DNA of 62,449 bases, counting the filler. It is 3 parts of 3 records of this genome, joined end to end, with 100 filler letters (N's around TTAATTAATTAA, not from the genome) between each part and the next. Parts side by side here need not be neighbours in the genome. Positions count along the whole stretch, not along the records: positions 1 to 20,936 come from DRR723986_4637; positions 21,037 to 45,496 come from DRR723986_4694; 1 more part is not named here. One strand, given 5' to 3'. The notes below the pieces were generated by a model, which saw only the letters and a list, made by a program, of their open reading frames with translations, was not told the origin of the DNA and did no database searches. Below, one piece after another: positions 12,070 through 22,538 of the stretch. The position numbers and the translations under genes are program-made. Each line of letters starts with the position of its first letter. Positions within the stretch are counted from its first letter, which is position 1.

Positions 12070-13362
12070 ATGCATGACATCCGCGCTATTCGCGAAAACC
12101 CTGCCGCCTTTGACGCCGCCTTGGCGCGGCGTGGGGATGCGGCAATGTCAGAAGAGCTGTTGGCGCTGGACTCTGAGCGCCGCGCCAAGATTCAAGCCGC
12201 AGAAACGGCTCAGGCAGAACAAAACAAAGCATCGAAAGAAGTCGGTGCTGCCAAAGGACGTGGCGACGAGGATGAATTCCAGCGCCTGCGTGCGCTTGTT
12301 GCTGAGAAAAAGGCCGAGATTGCAGCCATGCAGTCCGACGCCAAGGAATTGGACGCACAGCTGACCGACAAACTGGCGCGTATCGCCAATGCCCCGGCTC
12401 AAGACGTGCCCGAAGGGGCCGACGAAGACGACAACGTCGAGGTGAACCGTTGGGGCACTCCCGCAGAGCTGGATTTCGACGCCAAGGAGCATTTCGATAT
12501 TCCAGCGGTATCCGCATCCATGGATTTCGAAACTGCGGCCAAGATTTCAGGCAGCCGGTTCGTGCTGCTCAAGGGCGCGGTGGCCCGGGTTCATCGGGCA
12601 CTGGCTCAGTTCATGATCGACACGCACGTGGACCAGAACGGCCTGACCGAAGTGCAAACACCAGTTTTGGTGCGCGATGAGGCGATGTACGGAACCGACA
12701 AGCTGCCCAAATTCGGTGAAGACAGCTATCAGACCACGAACGGCTGGTGGTTGGTTCCAACATCAGAGGTTCCCTTGACCTACTCGGTTGCTGGTGATGT
12801 GTTGGAAGCCAGCCAACTGCCGATCCGCATGACGGCGCACACGCTCTGCTTTCGGTCCGAAGCGGGGTCCGCAGGACGTGATACATCCGGCATGTTGCGC
12901 CAGCACCAATTCGAAAAAGTCGAAATGGTTTCGATCACTCACCCAGATGACTCTGACGCAGAACAAAAGCGCATGTTGCGTTGCGCCGAAGATCTGTTGG
13001 AGCAATTGGGCGTCCCCTATCGTACTGTGATCCTGTGCACAGGCGACATGGGATTTGGTGCGCGTCGCACATTTGATATCGAGGCTTGGTTGCCCGGCCA
13101 GAACGCCTATCGCGAAATTTCCTCCGTCTCAACCACAGGCGATTTTCAGGCCCGCCGCATGAATGCGCGGTTCCGTCCCGAAGAAGGGGCAAAACCTGAA
13201 TTCGTGCACAGCCTGAATGGATCTGGCCTTGCCGTTGGCCGGTGCTTGATCGCGGTTCTGGAAAATGGTCAGAACGCAGACGGATCCGTGACCTTACCAG
13301 ACGTTCTGGCACCCTATCTGGGTGGAAAACTGACGCTGACCGTTGAGGGCTGCCTTGCTTAA
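12070..13362 (+). CDS. serS: serine--tRNA ligase
   Basis: [43 protein letters not shown]. Confidence 0.98.
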   Translation: MHDIRAIRENPAAFDAALARRGDAAMSEELLALDSERRAKIQAAETAQAEQNKASKEVGAAKGRGDEDEFQRLRALVAEKKAEIAAMQSDAKELDAQLTDKLARIANAPAQDVPEGADEDDNVEVNRWGTPAELDFDAKEHFDIPAVSASMDFETAAKISGSRFVLLKGAVARVHRALAQFMIDTHVDQNGLTEVQTPVLVRDEAMYGTDKLPKFGEDSYQTTNGWWLVPTSEVPLTYSVAGDVLEASQLPIRMTAHTLCFRSEAGSAGRDTSGMLRQHQFEKVEMVSITHPDDSDAEQKRMLRCAEDLLEQLGVPYRTVILCTGDMGFGARRTFDIEAWLPGQNAYREISSVSTTGDFQARRMNARFRPEEGAKPEFVHSLNGSGLAVGRCLIAVLENGQNADGSVTLPDVLAPYLGGKLTLTVEGCLA

Positions 13363-13427
13363 CCTAAAAACGCCAAGCTCTTATCCAGAGCTTGGCGTTC
13401 CACGGCTTAGGGCGATGTACGATCGCC

Positions 13428-14090
13428 TTACTTTTTACTTTTAGACGATTTTTTCTTTGCTTTCGACTTATCGGATTTTTCTTGCTTGGCCTTGCCATTT
13501 GATTTGGTGGCTTTGTCAGACTTAGCCTTTTTGTCTGACTTCTTGACCTTACCAGCCTTTTCTTTTTTGGCATGGTCCTTTTTGGCCTTGGCTTTGGCCT
13601 TCACTTTTTCTTTTGCCTTTGAAAACTTCCGCTCCAGCTCGGCCGCTTGTTTGGCGGCTTTTGCGGCTTTGGATTTCGCCTTGGCCTTTTTCTTAGCTTT
13701 GGTTTTTTCCGCTTCACTCTGTGTCGACGAAGCTTCTTTCACGTCTGGTTTTTCTTCAGCCTTCAGAGGTTTCGCTTTTCCCGGGCCGGACTTAGCCTTG
13801 GCTATGGTCTGCGGCGCAACAGTAGATTTTGAAGTCGTCGCAGGATTAGGACGTGCACGAGGGGTTTTACGAACAGCGGGCGCGCGGCGCTTAGCAGCAG
13901 TCGACGATCCGGATGTAATTTCAACAGCCGCTGCAATCAGTGCAGGCGCACGCGCAGAACCAATGCCAGGTAACTTAATCAGCGACTCAAGGGGTGTTTT
14001 GGCCAATGCCTCAGCTGTTTTGATCCCATGCGCAATCAGCGAAGCGGCGAGTGTTGGTCCAACTCCACGTACGTCTTTAACTGAGCTCAT
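13428..14090 (-). CDS. helix-hairpin-helix domain protein with long Lys/Ala-rich tail
   Basis: Two HhH-like motifs (VRGVGPTLA, LPGIGSARA) then a KAK-rich low-complexity C-terminus; GAAAGGA RBS before ATG 14090. Confidence 0.75.
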   Translation of the reverse strand: MSSVKDVRGVGPTLAASLIAHGIKTAEALAKTPLESLIKLPGIGSARAPALIAAAVEITSGSSTAAKRRAPAVRKTPRARPNPATTSKSTVAPQTIAKAKSGPGKAKPLKAEEKPDVKEASSTQSEAEKTKAKKKAKAKSKAAKAAKQAAELERKFSKAKEKVKAKAKAKKDHAKKEKAGKVKKSDKKAKSDKATKSNGKAKQEKSDKSKAKKKSSKSKK

Positions 14091-14191
14091 CTCTCGTCCT
14101 TTCAAAGCGTGCTGATCAATTAGGATAAGTGTATATACACAAGATATACCAACCGCAAGCGCCGGCTCAAATTTGGGCTGTTTTCCTGGCT

Positions 14192-15148
14192 TTAGAGTGT
14201 TGGAAACGGCACTAGCCGCTTCTTTTCCTCATCCCACAGCTTGAGCCTGAGCGCCGCCACCGCCTCGGGGAACTTGATCCTACGTGGGGCGTATTCAGAC
14301 GGGAGACCATAATGACAGGCCCGTAGTCGGTAAGATGGGATACGGGCGTTGAAGTGGTGCATATCGTGCAGTGTGATGCAAGCGACTGCCAAATCAAAAG
14401 CCCAACCAAAATCGAGCGCCGAAGATCCCTGTAAAGCTGCGATTTGCGGATCCAGATCAGGGCGCCGATCCCAATAGGTATCTTCGAAATTGTGCTGTAG
14501 ATAGACCAGAAAGACGCCAAGCATCCCACCGATCAGCGAAAACGTGAGCCAAATCACCAGCCCTATCCAGCCTGCAAGCGCATAGAGAACGAATAGCCCG
14601 CTGACGATCACCACGTTATGCAAAAGAACCCCAACCACACCAAAACGCAGTGTATTCTTAGGCCAGCGATAGCGGATAAAGTAAGTGAACAACGCCCCAA
14701 CTGGCACAAGTATGAAAGGATTGCGATACAGCCGATACCATAGTCGTGTCCACGGTTTGGCAATGCGCCATTCCTTGACCGTCATCGTGTGAACCTCACC
14801 CGTTTCACGATGATCCAGATTCCCAATCCCTGCATGATGCAGGTTGTGGTTTTGTTTCATCACCTCAAATGGGGCGAAGGTGAAAGGTGATAGAATATGC
14901 CCTGCAATTTCGTTTTGGTATCGTGTTTCAAAGAGGGAATGGTGGCCACAGTCATGCTGAAGTACATAAAGTCGCACTGCCGCAATCGCGAAGATTGCCC
15001 CGGCTGGAATCAAAACAAACCAAAGATCTGAAAACCGGATTGCCACTGCGAGGGCTGCAAAATAGACTGCGAACGTTCCAAAAAAGCTGAGCGCTGCCAG
15101 CCTGTTATCTTTAATACAATATTGCCGTGTATATTCTCTTAGGTCCAC
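14192..15148 (-). CDS. membrane fatty acid desaturase
   Basis: Three His boxes HDCGH, HNLHH, HDMHH; GTG start at 15148 after GGAGG. Confidence 0.9.
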   Translation of the reverse strand: MDLREYTRQYCIKDNRLAALSFFGTFAVYFAALAVAIRFSDLWFVLIPAGAIFAIAAVRLYVLQHDCGHHSLFETRYQNEIAGHILSPFTFAPFEVMKQNHNLHHAGIGNLDHRETGEVHTMTVKEWRIAKPWTRLWYRLYRNPFILVPVGALFTYFIRYRWPKNTLRFGVVGVLLHNVVIVSGLFVLYALAGWIGLVIWLTFSLIGGMLGVFLVYLQHNFEDTYWDRRPDLDPQIAALQGSSALDFGWAFDLAVACITLHDMHHFNARIPSYRLRACHYGLPSEYAPRRIKFPEAVAALRLKLWDEEKKRLVPFPTL

Positions 15149-15264
15149 GCCTCCCCTCCCCGATTGGCCTGCTCCCAAAGGTCTGTCCCTAAAAATCTAG
15201 CAAGGTTCAAAGGTTATGCAAGACCTTCAAAGAAACCTCTACTTCCAGCCATTACTGAAAACAA

Positions 15265-15295
15265 AAAAACAGCCCTCGTTTTGAGAGCTGTTTTT
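15265..15295 (-). terminator. intrinsic terminator downstream of der
   Basis: AAAAACAGC.CTC-loop-GAG.GCTGTTTTT with A/T runs on both sides. Confidence 0.7.
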
Positions 15296-15314
15296 CCAAA
15301 TCATAACGAAAATC

Positions 15315-16781
15315 TTAGCGTCTGCGCCCGTCTGTGTGTTTCCGCAATTTGCTGGGTGCGTTTTTCTTTCGCCCTTTGTACGGGTTTTTGTCGTTCTGGG
15401 ACCGCAGCGTCAACCGGATCGGAGATCCCGGCATATCAAAATCCTGACGCAAACCATTCACAAGATAGCGGTTATAGCTTTCCGGCATTTTGTCGGGATG
15501 CGAACACATCACCACAAATCCAGGTGGACGCGTCTTGGCCTGGGTCATATAGCGCAGTTTGATGCGCTTGCCTTGTGGGGCTGGTGGTGGGTGCTGTTCC
15601 AGCATCCCGATCAACCACCGGTTCAACGCAGCGGTCGGAACGCGTCGGTTCCAGACATCATAAGATCGCAAGATAGCGTCATGCAATCGATCGAGCCCTC
15701 GGCCCGTCTTAGCAGATACAGTGATCAGAGGAGCGCCGCGCAATTGGGGTAGCAAACGTTCGAAAGACTCTTTCAAATCCTTCAACTTTTCCTGTTTTTC
15801 GTCTTCGATGTCCCACTTGTTGACGGCGATCACGACAGATCGCCCTTCGCGCTCGGCCAGATCTGCAATCCGCAAATCTTGTTGCTCAAACGGGATCGCG
15901 GCATCCAGCAAGACCACCACAACTTCGGCGAATTTTACGGCGCGCAAGCCATCCGAAACGGAAAGCTTTTCAAGCTTTTCCTGAACCTTGGCTTTTTTAC
16001 GCATACCCGCAGTGTCAAAGATCCGCATGGGGGTTTCCCCCCACGTGGTACGCAGACTGATCGCGTCTCGGGTAATTCCGGCCTCAGGGCCAGTGAGCAG
16101 ACGGTCCTCGCCAACGATCTTGTTGATCAGGGTCGATTTGCCCGCGTTGGGACGGCCGACAACGGCAACTTGCAAAGGCTTAGCGTTGGTGATTGGCGGG
16201 GCCTGAAAGAAACCGTTTTCATCCAGCTCGTCCTCGTCCAGATCCACGTCCGTCTCAGGGGCATCATCAACTTTGGTTTCGCTCAAAGTGTCGATGATGG
16301 GCATCAAATGGCTATAGAGATCATTCATCCCCTCGCCATGTTCCGCTGACAGTCGAATCGGTTCACCCAATCCAAGGGAATAGGCTTCGATCACTCCTGC
16401 GTCTGCGGCAGAGCCTTCGCCCTTGTTCGCAGCAAGGATGACGTGCGCCGACCGTTTGCGCAGAATCTCAGCGAAAATCTGATCCGTAGGTGTCACGCCT
16501 GTCCGCGCATCAATCATGAATAGGCAGATGTCTGCCATATCCACAGCACGTTCGGTCAAACGCCGCATACGGCCCTGCAGGCTATCGTCGTTTGCGTCCT
16601 CCAAACCAGCGGTATCAATCACGGTAAACCGGAGATCGCCGAGACGCGCCTCTCCCTCGCGCAAATCGCGCGTCACACCGGGTTGGTCGTCGACCAGAGC
16701 AAGGCGCTTACCTACAAGGCGGTTAAACAACGTGGATTTGCCCACATTAGGGCGCCCCACAATGGCGAGGGTCAGGGACAT
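15315..16781 (-). CDS. der: ribosome biogenesis GTPase Der (EngA)
   Basis: Two GTPase domains: [16 protein letters not shown] and [16 protein letters not shown]. Confidence 0.97.
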   Translation of the reverse strand: MSLTLAIVGRPNVGKSTLFNRLVGKRLALVDDQPGVTRDLREGEARLGDLRFTVIDTAGLEDANDDSLQGRMRRLTERAVDMADICLFMIDARTGVTPTDQIFAEILRKRSAHVILAANKGEGSAADAGVIEAYSLGLGEPIRLSAEHGEGMNDLYSHLMPIIDTLSETKVDDAPETDVDLDEDELDENGFFQAPPITNAKPLQVAVVGRPNAGKSTLINKIVGEDRLLTGPEAGITRDAISLRTTWGETPMRIFDTAGMRKKAKVQEKLEKLSVSDGLRAVKFAEVVVVLLDAAIPFEQQDLRIADLAEREGRSVVIAVNKWDIEDEKQEKLKDLKESFERLLPQLRGAPLITVSAKTGRGLDRLHDAILRSYDVWNRRVPTAALNRWLIGMLEQHPPPAPQGKRIKLRYMTQAKTRPPGFVVMCSHPDKMPESYNRYLVNGLRQDFDMPGSPIRLTLRSQNDKNPYKGRKKNAPSKLRKHTDGRRR

Positions 16782-16829
16782 GGCACTATCTTTGTAAGAC
16801 TCAGACGCGCCGTGTAGCGCATCTTGGCG

Positions 16830-18155
16830 TCAACGGAAAGCGTACAGTTGACCTTTTGCACCGACAACGTACAAAGTGTTGCCTGCAACGACTGGTCCAC
16901 TCGTCGCCCCGTTAGGCACAGGGACCTGTGCTGTCATGGTACCATTTTCAGGATTGAAGAAACGAATATTGCCATCACCAGAGGCAACAATCACCCGACC
17001 ACCTGCAAGGATAGGACCATAATTCGCATAGCTTGCGCCCCGTTTACCGGGCTTGTCCTTGACAAAGCCGGGCAATTCCTTGGCCCAAATTACAGTCCCG
17101 TCTGAGGCATTCATCCGAACCAGCTGATTGCGGTCGCTCACTAGGAAAATACTGTCTCCAGCTGGCCAAATTGGCCCCAAAGCCCCCTCATCAGCGGTCC
17201 AAAACCGTTCGCCGGACACTGCATTCAACGCAACGGTTCGTCCAGAATGGTTGCCCACATAGACCCGTTTGCCAGAGACAACCGGGCTGCCGGTCACATC
17301 ACCGATCAAAGCCGATGCACGTCCTTTACGCTGACCAGAGACCGATGATGTCCAACGCCCAAGTCCACCCTTTTTGAAGCTGGCCGAGATATCGCCGGAT
17401 CCAAAAGCAAAGATTGCTAGATCAGAGGTCAAAGCAGGCGCCGGAGCCCCCAGAACATTCCCGACACTCGGGGTTCCCTGAATTTGCCAGGCAATACGGC
17501 CATCTTTGGTACGGATCGCCCAACCGGTGTCGTCGCCCGCCACCAAATAGATTAACCCATCACGGACCGTTGGCGTACCACTGCCCGTGGCATTCAGTTT
17601 TTGTTGCCAGCGTTGCTGGCCTGATTTGGCATCCAGTGCAGTTAGCAAACCGTACCCGGAGGATACGTAAAGAACACCATCAGCGTAGGCCATACCACCG
17701 CCAGTCGCCTGCCCTTCTTTTTCACCAGCTGGTACAAGGTCAGTTGACCACACTGCACCACCGCCAGATGAAATCGCGCTGACGCGGGCTGCGGAGTCCA
17801 GTGTGTAAATCAGGCCGGCCGCGACGACAGGGCTTGCCGTGATGCGTTGCCGACGTGAGTTCCCCTCACCGATATCTGCGGACCAAACCAGTTGAGGGGC
17901 GGGTCGCAAGGCAGGATGCGCAACGCGAAAAGACTCTGTCCCGAAACTCTGCGACCAGCTTTTGTTCGATGTGGGTGTCGCCAGTCGAATTGGCTTGGAT
18001 TCGGCAGGCAACCCCAAAGTGGCTGTTTCATCCGAGCCCCGGATATTCTCTCGTTCGCCGGGCAGAATGATTTCAGGTTCGCCACAGGCGCCAAGCATCA
18101 ACAAAGTCGTCCCCATCAAGGCGAGGCCGCCACGCGTGAGAGAAAAATATGCCAT
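16830..18155 (-). CDS. PQQ-like beta-propeller lipoprotein (BamB-like)
   Basis: Lipobox LGAC, repeated A..G...W propeller motifs, position between yfgM-like gene and der. Confidence 0.85.
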   Translation of the reverse strand: MAYFSLTRGGLALMGTTLLMLGACGEPEIILPGERENIRGSDETATLGLPAESKPIRLATPTSNKSWSQSFGTESFRVAHPALRPAPQLVWSADIGEGNSRRQRITASPVVAAGLIYTLDSAARVSAISSGGGAVWSTDLVPAGEKEGQATGGGMAYADGVLYVSSGYGLLTALDAKSGQQRWQQKLNATGSGTPTVRDGLIYLVAGDDTGWAIRTKDGRIAWQIQGTPSVGNVLGAPAPALTSDLAIFAFGSGDISASFKKGGLGRWTSSVSGQRKGRASALIGDVTGSPVVSGKRVYVGNHSGRTVALNAVSGERFWTADEGALGPIWPAGDSIFLVSDRNQLVRMNASDGTVIWAKELPGFVKDKPGKRGASYANYGPILAGGRVIVASGDGNIRFFNPENGTMTAQVPVPNGATSGPVVAGNTLYVVGAKGQLYAFR

Positions 18156-18219
18156 ATTCAAGTCGCCTGTCTTTTTATTCTAACCGTTCTACTAGCTCCA
18201 AGCCGCGATGCCTACTGGA

Positions 18220-18891
18220 TCACCCCTGTTGCCCCGGAAGCGCTTCGGGCGTTCCACCCAATGCCACAATCAACTGACTGGCGCGTTGTTGCAAGTCTGC
18301 GGTCACTTCGGAGTCCTGCAAGATATTTTGCAAACGTTCCTCAGCGGCATCGGCATCCCCTTCAGAGATATCAATCAGAGCAAGCTGTTCTTCTGCAAGC
18401 AAGCGCAAAGGTGCGCCCGGCTGGGCCAAAGCGTCGAACTGTTGGCGTCGGTCATTGACTGACAGGCTGTCCCCTTGCAACGTCAGTGCCTTAAAGCTGG
18501 CAATTTGACGGTAAATCACAGGAAGATCCCCGTCCGAGGCGACCTTGTTCAGACCAGCGATAGCGGCCTCTACCTGCTCAGAGTTGGATTGTGCTGTTGC
18601 AACAAGCATCTCAACAACTGCGGCTCCCCCCGGGGTTCCCGCCTGAACCTGTGACAGAGTGGAGGCGCGACCTGCTGCGTCGTTCTCGGCCAAAGCCGAG
18701 ATGATATCATCGCCCAACTTCTGAGATTGCGCGGCTGCCTGCGATTTGCTGTACTCATTGTAGGCGGCACCACCCACAATTGCGACAACCGCAAAGGCGC
18801 CAATCCACCCATATCGACGCAGCATCAGGAACATACGGTCGCGCCGTACTTCTTCGGTCACCTCATCAATGAAGCTGTCGGTGTCGCTCAT
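18220..18891 (-). CDS. YfgM-like TPR membrane protein
   Basis: MSDTDSFIDEVTEEVRRDR + TM + helical repeats; ORF-track extension to 19074 is probably non-coding. Confidence 0.82.
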   Translation of the reverse strand: MSDTDSFIDEVTEEVRRDRMFLMLRRYGWIGAFAVVAIVGGAAYNEYSKSQAAAQSQKLGDDIISALAENDAAGRASTLSQVQAGTPGGAAVVEMLVATAQSNSEQVEAAIAGLNKVASDGDLPVIYRQIASFKALTLQGDSLSVNDRRQQFDALAQPGAPLRLLAEEQLALIDISEGDADAAEERLQNILQDSEVTADLQQRASQLIVALGGTPEALPGQQG

Positions 18892-19125
18892 GGCTGCCCT
18901 CGGTTCGATACAGTTTCTTGGCCCCTCATACCGCGCCCCATGCCGCAAGCCAAGGGCTGCTGGGCGTTCAATTGAACGGCTGAGGCGTAACAGCTTAAAA
19001 AAATATTTCTGAACTGGTTGGTTTAGTATAGACATCTGGCAGGTCAAACCCCATGTCACAGTCCCATATGGCACTGAAATTTTCTACAAATGCCGTTTGA
19101 ATAAGACACTCTAGAAAGGCGCGTC

Positions 19126-20367
19126 ATGCGATTGATCCCACTCCTTACGGCCATTTTGGTCTCTGTAGGTTTGTATTTTCTCGTGTTCGATCGGGAAACA
19201 TTGCTTGCGTTTGCCAAAAGTGATGCGGCTGAAACCTCGATAGACGCCTCTTCTGGTAAAGATGAAAGTGCCGCACCTGAGATCGCACAGAAGGATGCCA
19301 TTCGCGTGGTGGTTCTGCGATCCACGGCCCGAGAGGTCGACAATGCTGTTGTTCTGCGTGGCCAAACCAAAGCTGTGCGCCAAGTGGAAGTTCGCGCGGA
19401 AACATCCTCGACCGTGATTTCTGAACCCAAACGCAAAGGTGCGTTTGTCGAAGCAGGTGATCTGTTGTGTGAACTTGATCCCGGCACACGGTTTGCAAGT
19501 TTAGCCGAGGCAAAGGCCCGCAAGATCGAAGCCATGAGCCGCGTCCCTGAATCCCAAGCCCGTTTGGATGAAGCCAAGGCGCGGTTGGACGAAGCCCTGA
19601 TTAACAATAACGCCGCAAAGAAACTGTCAGAAGGCGGATATGGGTCTGAAACTCGCCGTATCGCAAGCGAAGCTGCGGTTCGCTCTGCCGAAGCAGGTAT
19701 CGCCACCGCAGAATCTGGATTGGAAGCCACCAAAGCGGGCATCGAAGCCGCCACTGCCGAAGTCGCTGCAGCGCAACGCGAAATCGACCGCATGACGATC
19801 ACCGCACCATTCCGAGGGCTTTTGGAAAGTGACACCGCTGAGTTGGGCAGCCTGATGCAGCCCGGGTCACTTTGTGGCACGATCATTCAATTGAACCCGA
19901 TCAAGGTCGTTGGCTTTGTTCCGGAAACCTCGGTGAACAGGGTTATTGTCGGATCGCTGGCAGGTGCCGAGCTGGTGACCGGCTTGCAGGTCCAAGGGCG
20001 TGTGACTTTCCTCAGCCGCTCGGCCGATGAAACAACCCGCACGTTTGAAGTAGAAGTAACCGTGCCGAACGACGAGTTGATTATCCGGGACGGCCAAACA
20101 GCGACAATCGCGATTTCGGCCGCCGGGGCCAAAGCGCACCAAGTACCGCAATCCGCACTGACACTGAACACCGATGGGCAACTGGGCATCCGTACAGTCG
20201 GCGCTGACAACATTGTGGATTTCATGCCCGTTAAACTGCTGCGTGACGACACCAAGGGGGTCTGGTTGGACGGGTTGCCCGAAACCGTAGACGTCATTGT
20301 GATGGGGCAAGACTTCGTTACCAAGGGCGTGTCTGTCGCGCCAACCTATCGGGAGGCCAACCAATGA
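19126..20367 (+). CDS. RND efflux periplasmic adaptor subunit
   Basis: N-terminal anchor, lipoyl-like motifs, coiled coil, ITAPFRG, TRTFEVEV. Confidence 0.9.
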   Translation: MRLIPLLTAILVSVGLYFLVFDRETLLAFAKSDAAETSIDASSGKDESAAPEIAQKDAIRVVVLRSTAREVDNAVVLRGQTKAVRQVEVRAETSSTVISEPKRKGAFVEAGDLLCELDPGTRFASLAEAKARKIEAMSRVPESQARLDEAKARLDEALINNNAAKKLSEGGYGSETRRIASEAAVRSAEAGIATAESGLEATKAGIEAATAEVAAAQREIDRMTITAPFRGLLESDTAELGSLMQPGSLCGTIIQLNPIKVVGFVPETSVNRVIVGSLAGAELVTGLQVQGRVTFLSRSADETTRTFEVEVTVPNDELIIRDGQTATIAISAAGAKAHQVPQSALTLNTDGQLGIRTVGADNIVDFMPVKLLRDDTKGVWLDGLPETVDVIVMGQDFVTKGVSVAPTYREANQ

Positions 20368-20936
20368 TCGGAATGGTCGATTGGGCCGCCGCGCGTGCGC
20401 GGATGGTCCTTGCCTTTATCTTACTATCTCTGCTGATAGGTGGTTTTGCCTATGTGAACCTACCCAAAGAAGGTGAGCCGGACATTGAGATTCCAGCGCT
20501 GTTTGTATCGGTTCAGTTTCCGGGCATTTCGGCGGAAGACAGCGAAAGTTTGTTGGTCAAACCAATGGAAACCGAGCTCGCCGATCTCGATGGATTGAAA
20601 AAAATGTCCTCAACTGCGGCCGAAGGCTATGCCGGGGTCGCTTTGGAATTCGAATTCGGGTGGAATAAGACCGCCATCACGGCCGATGTGCGCGATGCGA
20701 TGAACTCTGCCCAGGCCGAGTTTCCCGAAGGCGCTGAACAATACAGCCTGGCAGAGCTTAACTTTTCCGAGTTTCCAATCGTCATCGTCAATCTGACCGG
20801 GGCAGTCCCCGAACGCACCATGGCGCGCATTGCCAAAAACCTGCAGGATGATCTTGAGGCGTTGGATTCAGTGCTAGAGGCGGGCATCGCGGGCAATCGG
20901 GATGAAATGCTCGAAGTGGTGATCGACCCGCTGCGG
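20364..20936 (+). CDS. RND efflux permease (3'-truncated at contig end)
   Basis: LPKEGEPDIEIP ... FPGISAEDSESLLVKPME, AcrB-like N-terminus. Confidence 0.9.
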
Positions 20937-21036
20937 NNNNNNNNNNNNNNNNNNNNNNNNNNNNNNNNNNNNNNNNNNNNTTAATTAATTAANNNNNNNN
21001 NNNNNNNNNNNNNNNNNNNNNNNNNNNNNNNNNNNN
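20937..21036. other. artificial contig-joining spacer
   Basis: N run - TTAATTAATTAA (stops in all frames) - N run. Confidence 0.98.
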
Positions 21037-21228
21037 AAGATCAACTACAAGGTCCGCGAGCATTCGCTGCAGAAAGTACCGGTGATTGCTGTCGTCGGCG
21101 GGCGTGAGGCGGAAGAGCGGACGCTGGCGCTGCGCCGGCTCGGCTCGAACGGCCAGCAGATCATTGCGCTGGACGAAGCGGCCACGCTCTTGTCGCAGGA
21201 AGGCCTTGCGCCGGACCTGAAGGCCTGA
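21037..21228 (+). CDS. thrS: threonine--tRNA ligase, C-terminal fragment (not in ORF track)
   Basis: [37 protein letters not shown], anticodon-binding domain end. Confidence 0.9.
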   Translation, partial: KINYKVREHSLQKVPVIAVVGGREAEERTLALRRLGSNGQQIIALDEAATLLSQEGLAPDLKA

Positions 21229-21293
21229 GACGATTCAGACCAGCTGGATCTGGGCAGCTGACAAACGGGGCGAGTAGAAGAAGAGTGCGACTC

Positions 21294-22538
21294 ATGTCCT
21301 ACGCGCCCGTGCTTGCAGCTGCCTTTGTGCTCTGGCCGCTCATGGGCCTGCTCGGCGGGCAGGGGTATGCCCCGCTTCTGGGGCTGGCCGCCCTGCCGGC
21401 CTTGGCGCTCGCCCGGCCGAAATGGCCGCCGGCCGTCTATGCCATTCCGGCCATCCTGTTCGTGATCTGGGTCGTCGTGGGGGAGGCATGGTCGCCGGTC
21501 TCCACCGGCCTTGTCAGCGGCAGTCTCATGGAAGGCAATTTTGCCGTGAAGGCCTCTAGCCTGCGGATCTTCCTGACTGCCGCCTTCGCCCTTCTGGCGG
21601 TGGGCGGCGCGTTGCGTATTGCCGAGGGCGGCGCGCAGGTCACCACGCGCGTGATGCTGGGCGCCTTCGCCGCGCAGGGGTTGATCCTGGCGATCTCGGT
21701 GATTTTCTCCGGCCCGCTGCTGAGGGCGGTCTATGGGACGGACCCGAACGAACTGAACTCTGGCATCCAGAATCTGGGGCGCAATGCGAATGTGTTCGCG
21801 CTCATCCTGCCGATCCTGATTGCTTATCTCTCGGCCCGTCCGCAATTCTTCTGGAAGCCGGTGGTGGCCCTTCTCGTGGTGACCAGCCTGCTGATCTTCA
21901 CCCGCCTCGATGCCCAGAGCCCCATCATCGGGCTGGTCTTCATGATGGCAGCAATCGGCCTGGTGCAGGCCATGCCGAAGCTCGGTTTCCGGGTCCTGTT
22001 AACCGGTCTTGGCGCCTATGTGGCGGCCGCCCCGATGCTGATCGGGACCGTGCTGAAGCTGCTGGAGGCATACAATATTCACCTGCCGGGCTCGTTCCAG
22101 TCGCGCGCCTGGGCGTGGCATGTCGTGGTCGACAAGATCTCCGAACGGTCGGTGATTGGGCATGGCATCTCCGCCTCGAAGACCTGGAACGAGACTTATG
22201 CCGACTATCCGGAGTGGGCCGCCCACTTGCCGGACAATTGGCAGTACTACCCGGTCGTGCCGGGACACCCGCATAATATGGCGCTGCAGATCTGGGCCGA
22301 AACCGGCATGATCGGCGCGGTGCTGGTGGCCTTCTCGCTCGTTCTTCTTGGCTTCCGCCTGCCGGAGCCGGGGAAATTGCGGGCAGATGTCCGCTTCGCC
22401 ATTGCCGGTGTCACGGGCGTGGCGTTCAGCGTGTTCAACTTCGCCTACAATATGTGGAACGAGGCTTTCTGGTCGAGCCTGGTGCTGGCCGGCATTGCGA
22501 TCATCCTCCTGGCAAAACGCCGCCGGGAGTCGCTGTGA
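21294..22538 (+). CDS. O-antigen ligase / Wzy-like membrane protein
   Basis: Multi-TM; R..AW ... GHG ... HPHNMALQIWAETG motif. Confidence 0.82.
   Translation: MSYAPVLAAAFVLWPLMGLLGGQGYAPLLGLAALPALALARPKWPPAVYAIPAILFVIWVVVGEAWSPVSTGLVSGSLMEGNFAVKASSLRIFLTAAFALLAVGGALRIAEGGAQVTTRVMLGAFAAQGLILAISVIFSGPLLRAVYGTDPNELNSGIQNLGRNANVFALILPILIAYLSARPQFFWKPVVALLVVTSLLIFTRLDAQSPIIGLVFMMAAIGLVQAMPKLGFRVLLTGLGAYVAAAPMLIGTVLKLLEAYNIHLPGSFQSRAWAWHVVVDKISERSVIGHGISASKTWNETYADYPEWAAHLPDNWQYYPVVPGHPHNMALQIWAETGMIGAVLVAFSLVLLGFRLPEPGKLRADVRFAIAGVTGVAFSVFNFAYNMWNEAFWSSLVLAGIAIILLAKRRRESL

Noticed and set aside
13486-14115. 209-aa hydrophobic plus-strand ORF
   Set aside because: Mirror of the Lys-rich minus-strand gene (AAA/AAG codons read as Phe/Leu); the minus strand has the RBS and HhH motifs
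20981-20992. TTAATTAATTAA palindrome, repeated at 45541-45552
   Set aside because: Flanked by N runs; an artificial all-frame-stop linker, not biological
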